A DNA stretch of 64,000 bases, from the NCBI GenBank assembly GCA_021152595.1, contig JAGKVC010000001.1, positions 7,380 through 71,379 on the forward strand. The letters run 5' to 3'. The stretch is from Clostridia bacterium (lineage in GTDB: Bacteria > Bacillota > Clostridia > Oscillospirales > Ruminococcaceae). Each line of letters starts with the position of its first letter. Within the stretch, counting starts at the first letter, position 1. A program made the translations under genes and the position numbers. The notes beneath the pieces are model-generated. The model did no database searches. It was given only the letters and a program-made list of their open reading frames with translations, and was not told where the DNA came from. This document shows, in pieces, positions 25,084-34,300 of this stretch.

Positions 25084-26178
25084 ATGAAACTGAAAAAGGC
25101 AGCCGGCGCTGCTGCGGATATCCTGATGTATGTGATCATGCTGGTGCAGATGCTCTATGCATTCACGGGAAATACGCTGCATGAGCTGCTCGGCATTGCG
25201 TTTTTTATCTGTCTGGCGGTGCATATCGTGATGAAGCGCGGCTGGGTGAAGGGGCTGCTGAAAGGCGGAAAGCGCTCCGGCGGCAGACGCTTTTTCGATG
25301 CTGTGACGGTGCTGCTCTTTGTCTGTATCCTTGTGCTGATGATCAGCAGTATGGGCGTTTCGCGGATGATCTTTCCGTGGTTCCCGTATCTCGGCAGCGC
25401 GGATCTGCACCGGTATCTGGCGACGGCTGTGCTGACGCTTGCTGTCATACACGGCGGCATGCACGGCTTCCTGCGGACACAGCACAAAAAACGCGCGGCG
25501 TTCCTGATCATACTCGGTGCCGCGGCATCCGTGGCAGTCGGGACGGCGCTTGTCCCGTATCTGAGCAGGCATTTCAAGACGGTCAGCATTGACTATGAAG
25601 CAGCGGTACGCGGTGAGCAGATTACATCCTCCGGCAGAACGCTTGCGGTTTATTTCACACGCGTCGGAAATACGGATTTTGCACCGGATGTTGATGCAGT
25701 CTCGGGGGCATCGCTGCTGCTTGCGGACGGCAGGCTGACGGGCAATACGGCGCTGCTTGCGGATATGGTCGCGGATGCGATTCATTGCGATGTGCAGGCG
25801 ATTACGCTGACGGGCGAACAATATCCCTCGCGCTACGGCGATACCGTATCGGTCGCCGGAAAGGAGCTGCGCGAGAATGCGCGCCCTGCGATTGAACCGG
25901 TTGACATTTCGGGCTATGATGAGGTCATTCTGATTTATCCGATCTGGTGGGGGACTGTCCCGATGCCGGTGGCGTCATTCCTTGAGCAGAATGAGTGGAA
26001 CGGCAAAAAGCTCCGGCTGATCGCAACACAGGGCAGCAGCGGATTTGTCAGCAGCACCGCGGATATTCAGCGTATGGCAGACGGTGCGGAGGTCACGGAG
26101 CTTGTCAGCATTTACTGCGATGATATTCCGCATGCCCGTCCGCAGATCACGGACTGTCTGCGCAGACTATATCAATGA
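25084..26178 (+). CDS. Membrane (DUF4405-like, 4 TM) protein fused to a flavodoxin-like domain
   Basis: GGGGGTGA RBS before ATG 25084. The His-containing TM helices are followed by AVYFTRVGNT...LIYPIWWGTVPMP flavodoxin-type motifs. Confidence 0.7.
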   Translation: MKLKKAAGAAADILMYVIMLVQMLYAFTGNTLHELLGIAFFICLAVHIVMKRGWVKGLLKGGKRSGGRRFFDAVTVLLFVCILVLMISSMGVSRMIFPWFPYLGSADLHRYLATAVLTLAVIHGGMHGFLRTQHKKRAAFLIILGAAASVAVGTALVPYLSRHFKTVSIDYEAAVRGEQITSSGRTLAVYFTRVGNTDFAPDVDAVSGASLLLADGRLTGNTALLADMVADAIHCDVQAITLTGEQYPSRYGDTVSVAGKELRENARPAIEPVDISGYDEVILIYPIWWGTVPMPVASFLEQNEWNGKKLRLIATQGSSGFVSSTADIQRMADGAEVTELVSIYCDDIPHARPQITDCLRRLYQ

Positions 26179-26226
26179 CTTCGGGAAATGTGACTGCTAC
26201 ACAAAATGCGGCATCTTCTATAGCAG

Positions 26227-26270
26227 AAAAAGCACCCGTTTACTGGAGTTTCCGGTAAACGGGTGCTTTG
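26227..26270. terminator. Bidirectional intrinsic terminator
   Basis: A 13-bp perfect stem AGCACCCGTTTAC / GTAAACGGGTGCT is flanked by an A-run and a T-run between convergent genes. Confidence 0.75.
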
Positions 26271-26280
26271 ATATCGGATG

Positions 26281-26874
26281 TCAGCGCCGCCGGATATCCT
26301 GATACAGAAATCCGCACTGCGTACAGTACCAGACCAGTCTGCCCATGCGGTACATCGGCATGGTGAAATGAAAATCCCACTCCGGATACTGCCGGAACAC
26401 CATGACGCTGCTGTCGGTGATATACGCTGCAAATGCGATATAGTGCTGCTTGGTCATCGGGTGCGCGGAGAATACATACCATTCGCCGCCGATGTCCTCA
26501 ATTTGCAGCATTTCGTCCGGTGCGGCTTTGCGCAGCTCCATCGGGGAGAGACGGCTGCCGCAGCAGGTCACGGCTGCCTCTGCGGAAGCTGTGATGAGAT
26601 TGCCGCAGGATTTGCATACATAGAATTTGGTCTTTTTCATATTGCCTTTCTCACTTTCCTTTTGTGCGATCTCGCCCGTCAGCAGGACATGAATATCCGT
26701 ATCAAAGACCTCCGCCAGTGCCGCGAGCAGCGATATATCCGGACAGCCGTTGCCGCATTCCCATTTCGACACCGCCTTGTCACTGACATGGATGCGTTCT
26801 GCAAGCCGCTTCTGCGTCATGCCGCGTTCTGTCCGGAGCCGTTTGATCAGATCGCCTGTTTTGCTCTGGTTCAT
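26281..26874 (-). CDS. XRE-type HTH regulator fused to a desulfoferrodoxin-like (desulforedoxin + SOR-like) domain
   Basis: HTH region LIKRLRTERGMTQKRLAERIHVSDKAVSKWE. Then FYVCKSCGNLI..CCG (Cys4), HPMTKQHYIAFAAYI and WYCTQCG. AAGGGGTGA RBS precedes Met 26874. Confidence 0.65.
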   Translation of the reverse strand: MNQSKTGDLIKRLRTERGMTQKRLAERIHVSDKAVSKWECGNGCPDISLLAALAEVFDTDIHVLLTGEIAQKESEKGNMKKTKFYVCKSCGNLITASAEAAVTCCGSRLSPMELRKAAPDEMLQIEDIGGEWYVFSAHPMTKQHYIAFAAYITDSSVMVFRQYPEWDFHFTMPMYRMGRLVWYCTQCGFLYQDIRRR

Positions 26875-26990
26875 GTGATCACCCCTTGTCTTGTTCTGAT
26901 TCCATGATACCATATGTGCGCAGGCTTGTCAATCCACGCTCCGTAGAGTGCAGACAGAAAGACAGCCCTCCGAGCGGAGAGCTGTCCTGT

Positions 26991-28538
26991 TTATGATTTC
27001 GCTTTTGCCGTGACGGAGACCAGCTCCGCGGTGTCAACATCCAGCTTGCCGGATGCATCGGTATATCCCCAGACCTCCAGCGCCATTCTGCGCGCATCGG
27101 CAGGCATTTCCACTGTGACCTGTGCCTTGCCGCTGCTGTCTGCCGGATGCTTGCCGAGCGCCTCCATGATCCATTTGCCGCTGCCGTTTTCCGCATTCGG
27201 ATCCCAATAGCCCCACGCAAGATTCAGCTCAGAATCGGGCTTTGCAGAAACGGTCATTGTCACAGTATGCTCGCTTAAGCCCTCTGTCATGCGCCATTTT
27301 CCTGCATCCTCTTTGACAAATGAGATCTCGATTTCCGGCTTCTCATCGGGATCGCCCCTGAGGAGAATCTGCTTGAGCAGCGAGAGATCCGCAGCATTGA
27401 GGATACCGTCCGCGTTCAGATCGGTGTTTTCTCCGGAGAGATGCCGCACCTCTTTGGTCAGGAGCATATGGAGCAGGCAGGTGACATCCGCTGCATCGCG
27501 GCTGCCGTCCTCATTGACATCGCCGCGCAGCCTGTAGCCGAGAACCTGCATGATCCGGTTGCCGTCGCAGGTGCATTCCGGCGGATCGACCTTGTTGCGG
27601 AATACCTGCGCGCTGCAATTCCAGCCCTTGACGGTAAAGCAGTCTGCCGTATCAAGATACAGCTCATTTTCATAGATCTTCGCATTCTGTCCCCAGCCTT
27701 CAAGCTGCTGGCTCATGTCGAAGCCGTAAAGCTGCTGCTCACAGCCGTTCCGGTGACCGGTATTATAGCGGACGACCGCATCATTGCCCTTGATTTCAAC
27801 AAAGCTGTTGCCGCCGTTTTCCCCCTTGATGCCGGTGCCGTCAAAGGTGCAGTATTCCACGAGATTGCCGATGGTATATTCCTTGATATCCACATGGTCG
27901 GCGGAGACATTCGGACCGAACCGGCAGCCGCGGACGGTGTTGTAATGGCAGGCAAAGCCGTATTCTGTGGCATTCTTTGCGCTCCCGATATAGACACCCT
28001 CGCCGTATTTTGCGTTGACGGTTCCCGTGTCGTGGATGAAGCAGTTTTCGACGAGATTATAGCTGCTGTCGTCGATGATATGGATTGCCTCGTCGCCGAT
28101 TTCACAGACCTCGCAGTCTGATATGATGCTGTGCTCGGATTTTGCGAGGAAAATGCCCTTGGCGGCGTTCTGTATTTTCAGATCGCGGATCTCCCAATAG
28201 GAGCCGGTGATATGCATGACGCATTTTTTCTCCGGCTGATTGGCACACAGCACAGCCGGATGCGCCGGATCCTCACTGCGGATGATAATGTGCTTTTCGG
28301 GCGTGCCGCTCGCAGCCGCCTCAAATACGCGCCATTTTCCGCTGGATGTGTCGTCCTCATAGGTGCCGCTTTTCAGGATGATCTCATCTCCTGCACGGAC
28401 ATTCGTGAGGGCGGCTTTCAGCTCCGCGGTGTTTGTGACATAGATCTGATTTGTGCTGCCTGCCGCATGCGGAACAAATCCTGCCGCTTCACATGCGAAC
28501 AGGACAGCGATCAGCGCTGCAATGATCTTTTTGCGCAT
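26991..28538 (-). CDS. Secreted right-handed beta-helix (pectate-lyase-fold) enzyme with an internal type-I dockerin and an unassigned ~110-aa C-terminal module
   Basis: It has a signal peptide and beta-helix repeats (IRDLKIQNAAKGIFL, ISDCEVCEIGDEAIHI, VENCFIHDTG). Dockerin motifs GDVNEDGSRDAADV and DLNADGILNAADL. Confidence 0.8.
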   Translation of the reverse strand: MRKKIIAALIAVLFACEAAGFVPHAAGSTNQIYVTNTAELKAALTNVRAGDEIILKSGTYEDDTSSGKWRVFEAAASGTPEKHIIIRSEDPAHPAVLCANQPEKKCVMHITGSYWEIRDLKIQNAAKGIFLAKSEHSIISDCEVCEIGDEAIHIIDDSSYNLVENCFIHDTGTVNAKYGEGVYIGSAKNATEYGFACHYNTVRGCRFGPNVSADHVDIKEYTIGNLVEYCTFDGTGIKGENGGNSFVEIKGNDAVVRYNTGHRNGCEQQLYGFDMSQQLEGWGQNAKIYENELYLDTADCFTVKGWNCSAQVFRNKVDPPECTCDGNRIMQVLGYRLRGDVNEDGSRDAADVTCLLHMLLTKEVRHLSGENTDLNADGILNAADLSLLKQILLRGDPDEKPEIEISFVKEDAGKWRMTEGLSEHTVTMTVSAKPDSELNLAWGYWDPNAENGSGKWIMEALGKHPADSSGKAQVTVEMPADARRMALEVWGYTDASGKLDVDTAELVSVTAKAKS

Positions 28539-28757
28539 AATGATCCCTCCTTCTCCGGCATCGGGGCTTCTGTCTGATAATTTCATTATACATGATTATC
28601 AGATGAAAAGCAAGGAAAAACGAAAATATCTTTTGCGCCGGTTTTGTTCGCGCATTTTTCATTCTGAGGATTTGTCTGATTGCTCCTATTGCATTTTGCG
28701 GTGCAATATGTTATACTTTTCATAACAGAAATCCGCCGCAGACATAAGGAGGTACAT

Positions 28758-30110
28758 ATGGAACAGGAAGAGATTTTTGAGATTCAGGACGGAAAGCTGA
28801 TTGCCTATCACGCACAGCTTCCGGAGGTTACGGTGCCGGAGGGTGTCACCTGCATCGGTGTCGGCGCATTCCGCAAGGTTGCTTCGCTCCGGAGCCTGAC
28901 GCTGCCTGACGGTGTTACGGAGATTTGCAGCAAAGCCTTCAACGGCTGCTATAATCTGAAAACGGTGCATCTGCCGGACAGCGTGCGCTATATCGGCAGC
29001 TATGCATTTGAATACTGCAAGCGGCTGGAGACGATCAATATGCCGCGCAATCTGCTGGAGATCGGGGATCATGCATTTGAACAGACGAGTCTCTCGGAGC
29101 TCAGTTTCCCTGCAAATCTCAGGAAGATCGGTCAGTCCGCATTTCGCGGTCTCGACGGTCTGCGTGCGCTCAGGTTTCCGGCGTCTCTCAGTGAAATCGG
29201 TGCGCGTGCATTTGAATTTTGCAGCAATCTGGGAAATCTCTATTTTTGTTCAACGGTCAAAAAGATCGGCGATCTCGCATTCGCCGGCTGTGAAAAGCTG
29301 GATATGATCAATTATGCAGATCAGGTGCCGGAAGGCGCATTCTGTGCGCCGAGCGCCTTTTCCTGTACGCCTTATCAGAAGCAAACACGCATCCGGATCG
29401 GCGGCGAAGCGCAGACAGATCTGGGTGTCACCGGCTGGCTGCGCGAACCGGACGGCAGTCTTTATCTGGAAAACTGCGGCATCGAAGACTGGATCGAAGC
29501 GAACAGCGGCGAGATCTGTTACGATTACGGAACGACGTTTCTTGTGCGGTTCCGGATGCGGCAGGTGCCGCGCTATTATCTCAACTGCTATTATTATGCA
29601 GCACCGGAACGCATTGATGAGGGTGCGCTCAAGCGGACAAAAGAGCTGCACGGCGGCTGGATTCCGCTTTCCGGTGAGACGCATGCGCGCGAGCTTGCGG
29701 AGAATCCGGAAAAGGCAATGGATTTTATTGCATCGCATATCCGGGATACAAGGCTGATGCCGGTTCAGCCGTTCACGCCGGAGCTTTTGCTGGATCTGAA
29801 TTCTGCGGAGGCAGTGAACGCCGCAAAGCTGTCATCGCATGCGAAAATCCGGACGATCGCAGCCACGCAGAAATACAGAATTGCCGCTGTCCTCTGGCCG
29901 GATGAGACGCTCGGCTGTGAGGTCACGCCCAATTCCAGAAACAGCGGTGTGTATCCGGTTTATGACAGGACACCGGTTGCAGCTTATCGGACATACTATG
30001 TCTATCCGCTGAGCAGCACAGCTTTTCAGCGCCGTCTGGACGACACCGATCCGGAGACTGTGAATCGGGAAATGGCAATTATGGAACTGAAAAACAGAGG
30101 CTATCTGTGA
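28758..30110 (+). CDS. BspA-type leucine-rich-repeat protein (no signal peptide) with an unassigned C-terminal half
   Basis: Repeats of the type LPDGVTEICSKAFNGCYNLKTVHLPDSVRYIGSYAFEYC. AGGAGG RBS precedes ATG 28758. Confidence 0.75.
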   Translation: MEQEEIFEIQDGKLIAYHAQLPEVTVPEGVTCIGVGAFRKVASLRSLTLPDGVTEICSKAFNGCYNLKTVHLPDSVRYIGSYAFEYCKRLETINMPRNLLEIGDHAFEQTSLSELSFPANLRKIGQSAFRGLDGLRALRFPASLSEIGARAFEFCSNLGNLYFCSTVKKIGDLAFAGCEKLDMINYADQVPEGAFCAPSAFSCTPYQKQTRIRIGGEAQTDLGVTGWLREPDGSLYLENCGIEDWIEANSGEICYDYGTTFLVRFRMRQVPRYYLNCYYYAAPERIDEGALKRTKELHGGWIPLSGETHARELAENPEKAMDFIASHIRDTRLMPVQPFTPELLLDLNSAEAVNAAKLSSHAKIRTIAATQKYRIAAVLWPDETLGCEVTPNSRNSGVYPVYDRTPVAAYRTYYVYPLSSTAFQRRLDDTDPETVNREMAIMELKNRGYL

Positions 30111-30164
30111 AAGGCGCACGGAACGGATTAACGGAGATCAGCTTGTTTTCCCTGATCTGACAGA

Positions 30165-30205
30165 AAGCCCCGAAGTGATCTCATGACCGCTTCGGGGCTT
30201 TTTTC
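30165..30205. terminator. Bidirectional intrinsic terminator
   Basis: AAGCCCCGAAG-14 nt-CTTCGGGGCTT followed by TTTT, between convergent genes. Confidence 0.75.
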
Positions 30206-30221
30206 TATGGGATTTTTCAGA

Positions 30222-32585
30222 TTATGCCTTGAAAATAAACTGAATGAAATTGTAGAAATGGGTACGGATCGAGTCATCGCCGTGATGACCGTTCTGCACG
30301 ATCTGCCAGATATTCGGGACATTGTTCTTCGTGAAGTTATTGTGATAGCCCTCCGGAATTGCGGTGCCGACGACATCATCGGCAGTACCGGCGGTGATAT
30401 AGACCAGCGACGGGGATTCCGCTTCGCTGCTCCACTTGAAGCTGCCGGAGACGCCCGGTGCCGGACACGCAGCGCCGACATAGCCGAACTTATCCGCATA
30501 CTTCATGCCGATCTGGAGCGACTCTCTGCCGCCCATCGAGAAGCCCGTGACGGCGGTGTTCTCTCTGCCTGTTGCGACGCTGTATTTGCTCTCGATATGC
30601 GGCATCAGACTGTCAACGATATCATCGACGAATGCGTCATATGCGGCGTTGCTCTGATTGTCCATACCGCTCGGGCTGTTCATGGTCGCGCTCGTGAACA
30701 CAAGCGGGCTGACAACGATCATTTCCTCTGCTTTGCCTTGTGCGATGAGGTTTCCGACAAGCTCCTTTGTCCGCATGGCATCGCCGTTGTTGCCGTTTGT
30801 CATCAGTCTGTCCTCGTCCTCATAATAGCCGTGCAGGATATAGAGAACCGGATATTCTCTGCTCGGATCGTAGTTTGCAGGCAGCAGGATGTTATAGGGC
30901 TTATCCTTGTTTGCCGCCTTCGATCTGTAAGTTTCTTTCTTGAGTGTGCCGTAGGCGGTGCCGGCCTTTGCATCGAGAATGCCGTAATCGAGCGGCTTCA
31001 GCTCCGCCTCGCAGATCGGCGTGTATTCGGAGATCGTGCGCATATCGCCCTTTGCCGGAATCACCGGTTCCGGAAATTCTGCGATCTTGCCGAGCAGATA
31101 CTGCACGAACCAGTCGATATCGGTCTGATCGACGCTGCCGTCACGGTTGACATCCGCCATTTTCTTCATGCTGTTATTGGCAAATTTATCCTTGATGCCC
31201 TCCTTTGCGTGGGAGAGATCGGCAGCGTTGATCACGCCGTCGCCGTCCACATCACCGAGCTTATAGACCGCAGGCTGTGCGACACCTGCGGATTTTTTGA
31301 CGATGATATCATCCACATAAAAATCGCATTTATCGGTATCCGTTTCGATGTACAGTGTCGGGGAGGATCCGCTCTTCACGGTGTATTTTTCACCGGCAAG
31401 CGTACCCCATGTGCCGGACGCGACAGTCTCCTCAACAAAGGTATCATACTCCGCACCGTTGCCGGAGCCGTACTGCACGGTCATTTTGAATTTGACGGCT
31501 GAGCCGGAGCTCTGTTTCACCCTCGCAGTGACATCAATCACCGTGCCCTCCGGACAAAGGCTGCTGATATCATATGAGATGCCGTTCCATGCATCGCTGC
31601 GGTCTGTCACGGAAGCAGACTGCTTTCCGCTTGCCGCTTCGGTTTTGCTGACATCCACGGATGCACTGCCGCGGGCTGCCCAGCCGGAAAGACCGCTCTC
31701 GAAATCGGAATACAGCAGCTCGGAGCCGGTGCGTGCAGGTGTTTCCGCTGTATCGGAAGGATCGGATTGCTTCGGCTCCTCCGGCTGTGTCGGCACCGCA
31801 GAGCTGCCTGCCAGATAATCTGAGATGGTTTCCGCCCAGAATTTGCCCATTTTCTCATAGCCCTTGCCGCTCGGATGGAGGTTGTCGCTGCTGAGATCGG
31901 AGGTGGAGAGACAGCCGTGAATATCCGCATATTTCACATGCTTGCCTGAGCCTTCATAGTCCTCAGCAACCTTTTTGACGGTGCTGTTATAATTGCCGAC
32001 ACGCTGCGGACTGCCGCCGTATGCGGTAAACTCCGGAATCGAAGCGAGGAAGATCATGCCGTTCTGATTCATATTCTCGAGCATGTAGTCCAGCAGTGCA
32101 TGCAGATCATCCGAGCAGGCGCCGAGATCGCGGTTTGCAGTCATATCGTTCGTGCCGATGATGAGCAGGATGATATCCGGATTATACTGCTTGACTTTGT
32201 TGCCGTTTTTCAGTTCATTATAGAGACTGCCGGTATTCTGCGCCTGTCCCCAGCCGGGAACCTCCTTGATCTGGAAGCCGCTGTATCCGGCGTGATCGCT
32301 GTCATACTGTACATTCTGTCCGTTATAATTGAAGGATGCGTTCATGTCTTTTTTCGGTCCGACCATGTCAAAGGAAATGTTCTTCTGCTTCAGCGCATAA
32401 TCAAGATATTTCCGGTAGCCGCCGGTTTCGCCGTCGCCGTTCGTGATGGAATCACCGACAGGCATAATCCTGATCTGTTCGGCTGCCGCTGCCGGTTCCG
32501 CAGGCTTGCAGATGCCGGGTGAAAGCAGCGTGGCGGCTGCCAGCACGGTTGCTGACAGAATCGAAAAGTGTTTTTTCATAATCAT
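30222..32585 (-). CDS. Multidomain cellulosomal carbohydrate esterase: SGNH/CE3-like, CBM22-like, dockerin and CE1-type esterase
   Basis: It has a signal peptide. SGNH motifs are GDSITNG and DNLHPS. The CBM_4_9-like module contains GWAARGSASV..FYVDDIIV. Dockerin motifs are GDVDGDGVINAADL and DVNRDGSVDQTDI. The esterase carries nucleophile motif GFSMGG. Confidence 0.85.
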   Translation of the reverse strand: MIMKKHFSILSATVLAAATLLSPGICKPAEPAAAAEQIRIMPVGDSITNGDGETGGYRKYLDYALKQKNISFDMVGPKKDMNASFNYNGQNVQYDSDHAGYSGFQIKEVPGWGQAQNTGSLYNELKNGNKVKQYNPDIILLIIGTNDMTANRDLGACSDDLHALLDYMLENMNQNGMIFLASIPEFTAYGGSPQRVGNYNSTVKKVAEDYEGSGKHVKYADIHGCLSTSDLSSDNLHPSGKGYEKMGKFWAETISDYLAGSSAVPTQPEEPKQSDPSDTAETPARTGSELLYSDFESGLSGWAARGSASVDVSKTEAASGKQSASVTDRSDAWNGISYDISSLCPEGTVIDVTARVKQSSGSAVKFKMTVQYGSGNGAEYDTFVEETVASGTWGTLAGEKYTVKSGSSPTLYIETDTDKCDFYVDDIIVKKSAGVAQPAVYKLGDVDGDGVINAADLSHAKEGIKDKFANNSMKKMADVNRDGSVDQTDIDWFVQYLLGKIAEFPEPVIPAKGDMRTISEYTPICEAELKPLDYGILDAKAGTAYGTLKKETYRSKAANKDKPYNILLPANYDPSREYPVLYILHGYYEDEDRLMTNGNNGDAMRTKELVGNLIAQGKAEEMIVVSPLVFTSATMNSPSGMDNQSNAAYDAFVDDIVDSLMPHIESKYSVATGRENTAVTGFSMGGRESLQIGMKYADKFGYVGAACPAPGVSGSFKWSSEAESPSLVYITAGTADDVVGTAIPEGYHNNFTKNNVPNIWQIVQNGHHGDDSIRTHFYNFIQFIFKA

Positions 32586-32937
32586 ATCCCCCTTTATGAT
32601 GAATTGGCGTGATGCTTACAAACTGCACCATATTATCATTATAAGTGATATTCAGGGGAGAGTCTAGCTAAGATTTGCTTAAAAATGCTCTAAAACTTCT
32701 TAAAATTTGCGATTTCCTCCAAAAAACGAATTCAATTATCGCCGCGGATGCATCCTGACGGCGCATGCATGCCGGTGGAATATCGGATTCAGCCGGATCC
32801 CCGATCCAGTGATTCATGCGAGCCGCCCTGCTGCTTCGCCCTTGTCAAAAATAACAGTTTTCTGTTTGCTGCAATTCAAATATTCCGGTCACTGTTCTGA
32901 AATTGTGCTTCCGATAAGGAAAACTGTCCGCCGGATA

Positions 32938-32966
32938 TTGACAATACTTTCACAATGTGCTAAAAT
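32938..32966 (+). promoter_or_regulatory. Candidate sigma-A promoter (extended -10) for the glutamate synthase cluster
   Basis: TTGACA - 17 nt - (TGc)TAAAAT, ~240 nt upstream of the first CDS. Confidence 0.55.
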
Positions 32967-32984
32967 AGGGGCAATGAAATGAAC

Positions 32985-33041
32985 AAAGGCGTTCATTCGG
33001 AAAGACAGGCTTTCTGTCTCCGGATGGGCGCCTTTTCGTTT
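32985..33041 (+). terminator. Leader terminator / attenuator upstream of the glutamate synthase cluster
   Basis: A long imperfect hairpin AAAGGCG..CATTCGG..AGACAG-GCTTT-CTGTCT..CCGGATG..CGCCTTT is followed by TCGTTT. Downstream CCTGTCTCCG can alternatively pair with CGGAAAGACAGG. Confidence 0.5.
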
Positions 33042-33205
33042 GCAGGCGGTGCCTGTCTCCGTTGAGCTGAAGCCCGCCGGAGGTACAGAAACCTGCAAAA
33101 GAAATACGTGCTTCAGCAAATCAGAGCTGCTGACCGGAAGTATTCCGGCAAAACATGCAGTCACATTTATGTATATCCAATCATATCAAACAGGAGGAAA
33201 TTGAG

Positions 33206-34300
33206 ATGAGCCAATTAGAAGGACAGGTCCGGATCCCTTCGGGCTGCGCGGTCTCTGCGATGATCTCCAGAGACGGCAGGCGCATGAACGGCGAGAGCAT
33301 CATCGAGAGCATGATCCCGATGCATGACCGCTCGAACGGTCTCGGCGGCGGCTTTGCTGCCTACGGCATTTATCCGGAATACAAGGATTTCTTTGCACTG
33401 CACATCTTCTTCAACAGCCGCCAATGTCAGAGCGAATGTATGACGCTGCTCAAGGAGTATTTCGAGATCGTGCAGGATGAGCATATCAAGGTGCGCAAGC
33501 TGCCGCAGATTACCGATGAGCCGATTATCCGGCGCGTGTTTGTCTCCCCGATGCAGTCCGTTCTGCGGCATTTGCAGATCGACGAAAAGGAGCTTGTCGT
33601 CCGGATTGTCAACCGTATCAATGCGCAGCTTGAGGGCAGCTATGTCTTCTCCTGCGGCAAAAATATGGGCGCATTCAAGGCGGTCGGCTTTCCGGAGGAT
33701 GTCGGCAGATACTACCGGCTCGAGGAATACGAAGCCTATTGCTGGACGGCGCACGGCAGATATCCGACGAATACGCCGGGCTGGTGGGGCGGTGCGCATC
33801 CGTTCTGCATGCTCGATTATTCGATCGTTCACAACGGCGAAATCTCGTCCTATGACGCAAACCGCCGCTTCATTGAAATGTACGGCTACAAATGTACGCT
33901 GCAAACCGATACCGAGGTCATAACCTATATTGCGGATTATCTGCTGCGGCGGCAGGGACTGACGCTTGAGGAGACTGCGTCTGTGATCGCGGCACCGTTC
34001 TGGTCTACGATCGACGCAAAGCCCGAGGCGGAAAAGCAGACGCTGACCTATCTGCGCAATGCGTTCCCGAGCCTGCTTGTCACGGGACCGTTCTCGATCA
34101 TCCTCGGCTTTGAGGGCGGATTGATGGCGCTCAATGACCGCCTGAAGCTCCGCTCGATGGTCGTCGGTGAGCAGGGGGATATGGTCTATATTGCAAGTGA
34201 AGAAGCCGCGATCCGTGTCATGGCGCCGGATATCACGAATATCTGGTCGCCTGCCGGCGGTGAACCGGTGATTGTCAAGGTGAAGGAGGGAGCGTTTTGA
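33206..34300 (+). CDS. Glutamate synthase, glutamine amidotransferase subunit (GltB domain-1-like, archaeal/split type)
   Basis: Class II GATase-like motifs (PSGCAVSAMISRDG, HNGEISSY). It is first in a glt-type cluster. AGGAGG RBS. Confidence 0.8.
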   Translation: MSQLEGQVRIPSGCAVSAMISRDGRRMNGESIIESMIPMHDRSNGLGGGFAAYGIYPEYKDFFALHIFFNSRQCQSECMTLLKEYFEIVQDEHIKVRKLPQITDEPIIRRVFVSPMQSVLRHLQIDEKELVVRIVNRINAQLEGSYVFSCGKNMGAFKAVGFPEDVGRYYRLEEYEAYCWTAHGRYPTNTPGWWGGAHPFCMLDYSIVHNGEISSYDANRRFIEMYGYKCTLQTDTEVITYIADYLLRRQGLTLEETASVIAAPFWSTIDAKPEAEKQTLTYLRNAFPSLLVTGPFSIILGFEGGLMALNDRLKLRSMVVGEQGDMVYIASEEAAIRVMAPDITNIWSPAGGEPVIVKVKEGAF

